Source: Aplysia californica (taxonomy: Eukaryota). From it: a stretch of DNA of 64,000 nucleotides. Below the pieces are notes generated by a model. The model searched no databases. It saw nothing but the letters and a program-made list of their open reading frames with translations, and was not told the DNA's origin. The position numbers were made by a program, and so were the translations under genes. The first letter of the stretch is position 1. Each line of letters starts with the position of its first letter. Location of the stretch: positions 24,245-88,244 of the forward strand of contig NW_004797819.1 in the NCBI RefSeq assembly GCF_000002075.1. The letters are read 5' to 3'. This document shows positions 59,201-64,000 of this stretch, in pieces.

Positions 59201-62200
59201 TCTTTGTGCTGAAAAGAAAGTGGGATTATATTTTAGAAAAGCTGTCTTTTCGTTGTTATTTTGACGAACTGGTTTATCGCTTAAAATAACAAGTTAGGTC
59301 AGTTGATATTTGACTACTGTCTGGAGTCTGTCTTTGAATATGCAACATTTTGGATTTTCACATTGTACTCTTATGGATGATTATTGAATTAACTGATGTT
59401 AATCATGATAAAAGATAATATCAGTTGCAGTCAAGCTGGGTAATTTTCCAGATGACTAGTTCAAATCCCAAGTAGGACTTAATTGAAATCCAGTTGTTTG
59501 GGGAGTTTTCATTCGAGGGTGTCCATCCATACTTTAAAAAATATTCCTTTAAATTCTGAGGTCTTGTCTTTCGATGTATATTAGGCTTCTAAATCTGTAC
59601 AATATTATCGTTTTAGTGGATAAAAAAAATTGTGAGCCTTAAAAATCTTGGTTTTGTGATCTGGACAAGGAAAGTTTCGTTATATTACTCACACATTTAA
59701 CTTTTTCTCAAGGAATAAGGAACGGAGTGTAGAAGATCAGGAGCACCAGATCGCTAAGCTGAAGACATACATCGGGGAGGTTGAACAATCTCACAGACCA
59801 GTACAAGTGTGGAGAGCAGAGAAGGAGACAGTGGACAACAAACTCCGAATGGCAGAGGCAGAAAATCAGAAATTCCAATCAGAACTCGAGCTGATGGGTG
59901 TGAGATTCAAAGCTTTGGAAAATATTTTATCAGTACAGGAGACAGAACTCAGTAAGGTAAAGCTGTTTGTAGGTATATTGTAACATAAGAGCAATTATAT
60001 ATATATGTATATCGATGTTTAACACCTATCCTATTTATGTGTACATTCTCAAAGGAGAAAATAATTTTGAGGCAGAACAATTAAATGTTGTATGCACTGA
60101 ATACAGTTATGGTTGAACTTGCTCTAATGGCCACCTTTATAAGACAATCATTTGTACAAATGCCCATTTCCCAAGTCCTCTTTTTTGTATTTTTTACATC
60201 ATTGTGACACAGTATAAGTTGGCCGCCTGTCTAAGATGGCAACTTCCCCCCCATTTTTCCCCAATGATGGGTGGCCATTTGAGATAGTATCAATTGTATT
60301 TGAAGTGTTGTCCATGATATGTTCCCCTCTTTTTTTTTTACCTTTAACGGGCCTTGTCAAGAGATGTCGTATTTGATAAAAGTTACGGTTAATCTGAATA
60401 TTGCCATCTTTGGTACTGTATATTCATCAGTCCCATGGTACTTGCAGAATGATCTTTCAAGCGAGTCTGTGAAGGAAGTTGATAGATAGAAAAATATATT
60501 TTCTTGCAAATGATGCTTGTTATTAAGAGTATGTAATGCCATTGGTGCTTGCATATTTCTTTTATTTTTTGACTGTTATATTTTATGTGCACTAAGTACT
60601 TGCATGTTGGAATCAAGACAAGGAAGGAAGAAAAAAACTCATTACTTTACATTATTGCTTTCTATAATTTTTATTGTCGAAATGTTTCTGTGACAGGCCA
60701 AAAGCAAACACAGTGGAAAAGACAAGCAGTATGAGGAGGTGCTAACAGGGTATGGTTTGTTTCTCACTTTTCACTTTTAAAAAATAATGTTGATTCTGAA
60801 CTGAGAGGAAAAAATCTTTACATATTTTGCCTTTAAGTTCAATGGTTTATAATAAGAAAGATTTCTGTACAGGTAACAACATTCTTGTGGTCTTATTTTT
60901 AAAATAGGCAACATTTTAGAAAGTAAGAATTAACCTTCCTAGTCTTGCTAACAAATACCTGGTATTGTCAGGGAAAATTATATGGTTTCACCATAGTATA
61001 TTGGGAAATGTTTGGAATAGGCAAACCAAGCAGTCAAAGGTCATAAACCTATACATTTTCAGGGAGTAGAATGTAAATATAGCAAGTTGAGCTCATTTGT
61101 GAAAGAGTTTGACAATATCTAAAAGGTGATAAAAGGAATCATATTAGTGACTAAAATTAAGACCGATTAACTTGACTGTGATGCCACAGAATGAACTTTC
61201 ATCGGATTAAATGGGTTGTTGATACTACCAAGGTTAAGAATAGAGACTTTTTAGATCTTGACCTGAATTTTGTTAGCTATAATTAATTATACTTTTGAAT
61301 AAAGTGGTTTGCTTTCAGAAACATTTTGCTAATGAAGTGCTTATTGTTGTCTAGAAAAAGAAAGATGCTTTGTGTTATGGTATACCTTTTGTTGATTTGT
61401 ATTTTTAGAATATCAGAAGAGCATGATATACTTTTATACAGTAAAAAACTGCACTGTACTTTTGTTCATAATTTCCCCTTGTATTGAAAAGTACGATTAT
61501 TAAAAAGTAATGAAGGCATTTTTTTGTTTGACCAGATGGAGAAGGAAGGTGTACTCACTTCTTGTGCAGCAAAAGTCTTCAGATATTGTGAGCCGAAATG
61601 ATGTCAACAACCTCAAACAAAGGGTAAGTAATGAGGGATGAAGACTACATGTGGAAAAGGGCAGTGGTCACATATCGAGAAGAAGAAGAAGAGCTCCTAA
61701 TTTACGGAACAAAAACCCGGGCAGGCACAGCTGATCAACCAAAAGTGAAGATTTGTGATCACTGAACTACCCATTGTGTAATAGATCAACCATTTTCGTG
61801 AATGTAATCACATGTGTGTTGTAAGTCTCGATTAAATCGTACAATGTTTGCTCTTTTGGGATCACATTGAGGTGTGTTTTTTTCCCCCAAACATTGCACT
61901 CACATCTGAGCTCTGAACCTTAACTTACATCGCACGCTGGGTGGGTAGGGCCTACTACAAGTTCGCTCCAGGCAGGATCACATCGAACTGTGAACTCTTC
62001 CCAGATGATTACAGCAGTTGTCTCTACTCCAGAAATTGCGAGGCAGACTGAATTCTAATTGGTGTGGTCACAACATAATGGTGCATAACGACAAAGGCAA
62101 AGGAACTCTGTCAGAGATGCAAAGCTATAAATTTTGGTAAAGGGGAGGAACAACTAGATAAGCATAGATCTTGAGACTCATGATAGGATAATACGTGAAA

Positions 62201-63747
62201 ATGGCATGTCTCATGCCATTGTGATTGGTCATCAAGGTTGACCACGCTTTGCTCATCATATCATAAACCCATCCATGGGTTATGTCAGTTCATTATAAAG
62301 TGAAGGGAGACCATTTTACCGGTTGTGGGCCTGGACACGGTCCCCGTGGATTTTAATTGGTGCGTCGGCTAAGATCCCGTTCATCTAAGATCCCACATAT
62401 TTTCCTCACTCCCAAGCACTGGGATCTAGGTTAGAGACTACTGTATTGATATCCTAGTTCAGGGATCATGATGAACATCTCATACTCTTTTGCTGTGACA
62501 ATGCCTTGATTTGAAGAATTTGGATTTGATTTCTGCTTTTCTTGCAGACTCGAATAATAGCACATGATTTTTTTCAAGAAGTTTCTTGTTTATTTGTTCA
62601 GTTCCATACAGCTAAACCTGTCTTAGTGGTCACCTCTCTATAGTGGTCATTCATATTAACAGCCACTGTTGCGTGACATCCTTGCATTTTTCCTATATTT
62701 CTAACCTGTCCAAAGCAGTCCCTGTTCTATTTGGCCGCAATCAATTATTTTTGTGGCAAGTCAGCCTCAGAACTTGCTCATAGGGGTCACGTGCTACAAA
62801 TTTTTTCCTCCAATCCGTCCTCAGACTGAGTGTAAATATTCAATCTTGGCAAAGAAGCATATACCTCTATATATCGTGGCTGTCATGATAAGATTGGATG
62901 AGTGATTTTGAGTAAACTTTTCAGAGAAGGAAAAAACTGATTTATTTAAAGGAGTTATCTGATTTTTGTACTGTTAAAAATAATCCACTTTTGATTGTTT
63001 ATTTGAATATAAATTTTTAACCAGCATATGAAACATGCTTTGTAGAATATGTTTTGCAAAAATAAAAAGAAGCAAAATAGAAAATTTTATAGCTATCCGA
63101 TCTTATCACGATGGTGACTATATATATATATATTAATATATATATATATGTGTGTGTGTGTGTGTATTACATATATATGGACTTTCATAATCAAGCATAA
63201 AGACAAAAATCAGATCCAAGCAGTGATTCATTTTAAGGTAGAATTAATTTGTTTCTTTAACCTTTATTTTCAGAGGGGGTAAACCCACCATGCCAGGGCC
63301 TCCTTTTGGTACGAAATCTAAAAGTGATATATACATCACTAGATTTGTCATTGAATCAAAACGAGTGAACCTATTTTGATAGTCCTTCATGTAATGAAAG
63401 AGGTCCCGATAAAAGAGCCCTGTTTTTGGTACAAATTTGATGTCAAAGTCATCTAAAAGGAATGTGCCCAAGCTGCTGCCAGAGGCTCTCAGGCATAGCA
63501 GTTCCGACCGTAAGCTTCTGGAAGTGGCTTGCCAGAGATAATGAATAGTCAAGCTCATGATGAGCACAATCCTCTGTATGTGGAAGTTGTACGATTTGTG
63601 GTTCATTTGTGGGTGTGTCTGCATTTATGTTCTCAGATAAAAGATCTAGAGGATCAGCTGATGTCGAGTGAGGCCAAGTCAGACATGTTACAGCATTCAC
63701 TCAAGGACAAGTCTGCACAGTTACAAATTGAGCTGAATAATAAACAG
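43121..63747 (+). CDS. CCHCR1: Coiled-coil alpha-helical rod protein 1-like (3'-partial; 376 codons in window); exons 43121-43166, 53825-53960, 56471-56498, 57150-57383, 58975-59162, 59713-59956, 60697-60749, 61536-61623, 63637-63747
   Basis: Phase-consistent GT-AG chain. Motifs recalled from human CCHCR1: LIPPSEF (~LIPPSHF), LKTYIGE (~LRKYVGE), ELMGVRFKALENILSVQETEL (~LLQVRVQSLTHILALQEEEL), WRRKVYSLLVQ (~WREKVFALMVQ), LQHSLKDK (~LQRSLQDK). Confidence 0.85.
44185..44335. repeat. (GT)n-rich microsatellite
   Basis: Direct inspection. Confidence 0.93.
44388..44440 (+). mobile_element. L2-type retroposon 3' tail, split by the Sola-like insertion; (ATT)n resumes at 46883
   Basis: tgtaaagtgcctagag…gggcgctatagaaat, then attattattatt after 46882. 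Confidence 0.6.
44445..46878. mobile_element. Non-autonomous Sola2-like DNA transposon (2434 bp) with internal motif array
   Basis: TIR GAGCATTTGCCAAAAGGTGGG / CCCACCTTTTGGCAAAAGCTC; 4-bp TSD TTCT (44441-44444 / 46879-46882); GAG…CTC termini; ~14 TTCGTTCATAACYATTATGACA motifs. Confidence 0.75.
48087..49830 (+). mobile_element. Mutator (MULE)-like element with a truncated transposase-type N-terminus
   Basis: TSD ATCATTAA (48079-48086 / 49831-49838); termini carry TATTC(A/G)GACTC / GAGTCCGAATA repeats. ORF at 48218, MAFGAGAEFLSYDEFEAGLKSYSASSKCLFVKRSS, resembles a ZSWIM3/FAR1-type N-terminal domain. Confidence 0.65.
48632..49444. mobile_element. pogo/Tigger-like MITE family B, full copy (nested)
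   Basis: TA|CAGTGGAACTCGGATTCAA … TTGAATCCGAGTTCCACTG|TA. Confidence 0.9.
49840..53100. mobile_element. Mosaic of probable DNA-transposon remnants, boundaries unresolved
   Basis: CpG-rich patches; unpaired TIR-like ends (e.g. CAGTACCCATCTTTAA near 52757, CCGGTTGCCCTTC near 52583); no gene-consistent exons. Confidence 0.35.
53825..53960 (+). CDS. CCHCR1: CCHCR1-like exon 2
   Basis: tttattgcag|AA … TTGAA|gtaagt; EKEKEKILPFLIPPSEFEKP…. Confidence 0.85.
54254..54438 (+). mobile_element. Short retroposon family 2, copy 2
   Basis: Colinear with 19380-19570; TSD TGAAAC(C/T)CAGAGGGT (54239-54253 / 54439-54453). Confidence 0.75.
54787..55608. mobile_element. pogo/Tigger-like MITE family B, full copy
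   Basis: TA|CAGTGGAACACGGATTCAA … TTGAATCCGAGTTCCACTG|TA; colinear with 48632-49444. Confidence 0.9.
56471..56498 (+). CDS. CCHCR1: CCHCR1-like exon 3 (28-nt microexon)
   Basis: ccctttctttttcag|G GTC … CAG|gtataa; bridges phase 2 to phase 0. Confidence 0.75.
57150..57383 (+). CDS. CCHCR1: CCHCR1-like exon 4
   Basis: ttcgtcag|GCT … AGG|gtaagc; coiled-coil heptads. Confidence 0.88.
57531..57790. repeat. 65-bp tandem repeat x4, near-identical
   Basis: GAGAACTGAATTGTAATTGATGTTTTGTAAAGATAGATTTGTTATCAATGCTGTCAGGTTTCGAA at 57531, 57596, 57661 and 57726. Confidence 0.97.
58975..59162 (+). CDS. CCHCR1: CCHCR1-like exon 5
   Basis: atcctgtag|ATA … AG|gtgaga. Confidence 0.88.
59713..59956 (+). CDS. 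CCHCR1: CCHCR1-like exon 6
   Basis: ttttctcaag|G … AAG|gtaaag; LKTYIGE motif. Confidence 0.9.
60697..60749 (+). CDS. CCHCR1: CCHCR1-like exon 7
   Basis: ctgtgacag|GCC … GG|gtatgg. Confidence 0.8.
61536..61623 (+). CDS. CCHCR1: CCHCR1-like exon 8
   Basis: ttgaccag|A TGG AGA AGG AAG GTG … AGG|gtaagt. Confidence 0.9.
63119..63178. repeat. (TA)n/(TG)n microsatellite
   Basis: Direct inspection. Confidence 0.9.
63637..63747 (+). CDS. CCHCR1: CCHCR1-like exon 9
   Basis: ttctcag|ATA … CAG|gtgaag. Confidence 0.88.
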
Positions 63748-64000
63748 GTGAAGGAATTTCTGTTGCTGGCAGATTGTTGAAAGATGACACTGTTGACGGG
63801 TTTTTTACCTCTCACTTTAAAAGTGAAGTCATACTTTGTAATGGCTCTAGGAGCAGGCACAGATCTTTTTATAGAGATGGTTTGCAAAACTCTGATCAAA
63901 CGAAAAAGAATAGTATTTGGAAATGTCTTGTTGAGGTAGGGAAATTTCTTTCTTAGTCTTGGCTATTGTATGTCCCTCCAAACGATATCTTTAGATAGTT

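Overview
Eukaryotic genomic DNA, AT-rich and intron- and transposon-rich. It is most consistent with a mollusc or other lophotrochozoan (inferred from the SINE/LINE repertoire). There is one 100-N assembly gap at 479-578. Three intron-containing genes were reconstructed by hand from GT-AG sites with consistent reading phase. (1) A 5'-partial plus-strand gene (7 exons, 1681-20382) with a ~6.97-kb internal exon. It encodes a >=3209-aa, largely acidic, low-complexity protein with a degenerate SSP(V/I/L)(D/E)xY repeat block, a basic NLS-like tail and a terminal CaaX-like box (CRLM). (2) A complete minus-strand ADP-dependent glucokinase (ADPGK; 7 coding exons, 475 aa, 42179-28321). (3) A 3'-partial plus-strand CCHCR1-like coiled-coil gene (9 exons from 43121), head-to-head with ADPGK across 941 bp. 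Introns hold many TEs with recognisable TIRs or TSDs: Kolobok-, piggyBac-, pogo/Tigger-, Sola2-, Mutator- and hAT-like non-autonomous elements, and RTE and I-group LINE fragments. Best leads: one LINE and two unrelated short retroposon families sharing a single 3' stem-loop tail; the giant-exon NLS+CaaX protein; an inverted SINE pair bracketing ADPGK exon 2; a MITE and TCTAGA/AGATCT clusters at the bidirectional promoter; and a triple-nested transposon. All family assignments come from motif recognition; no database search was run.
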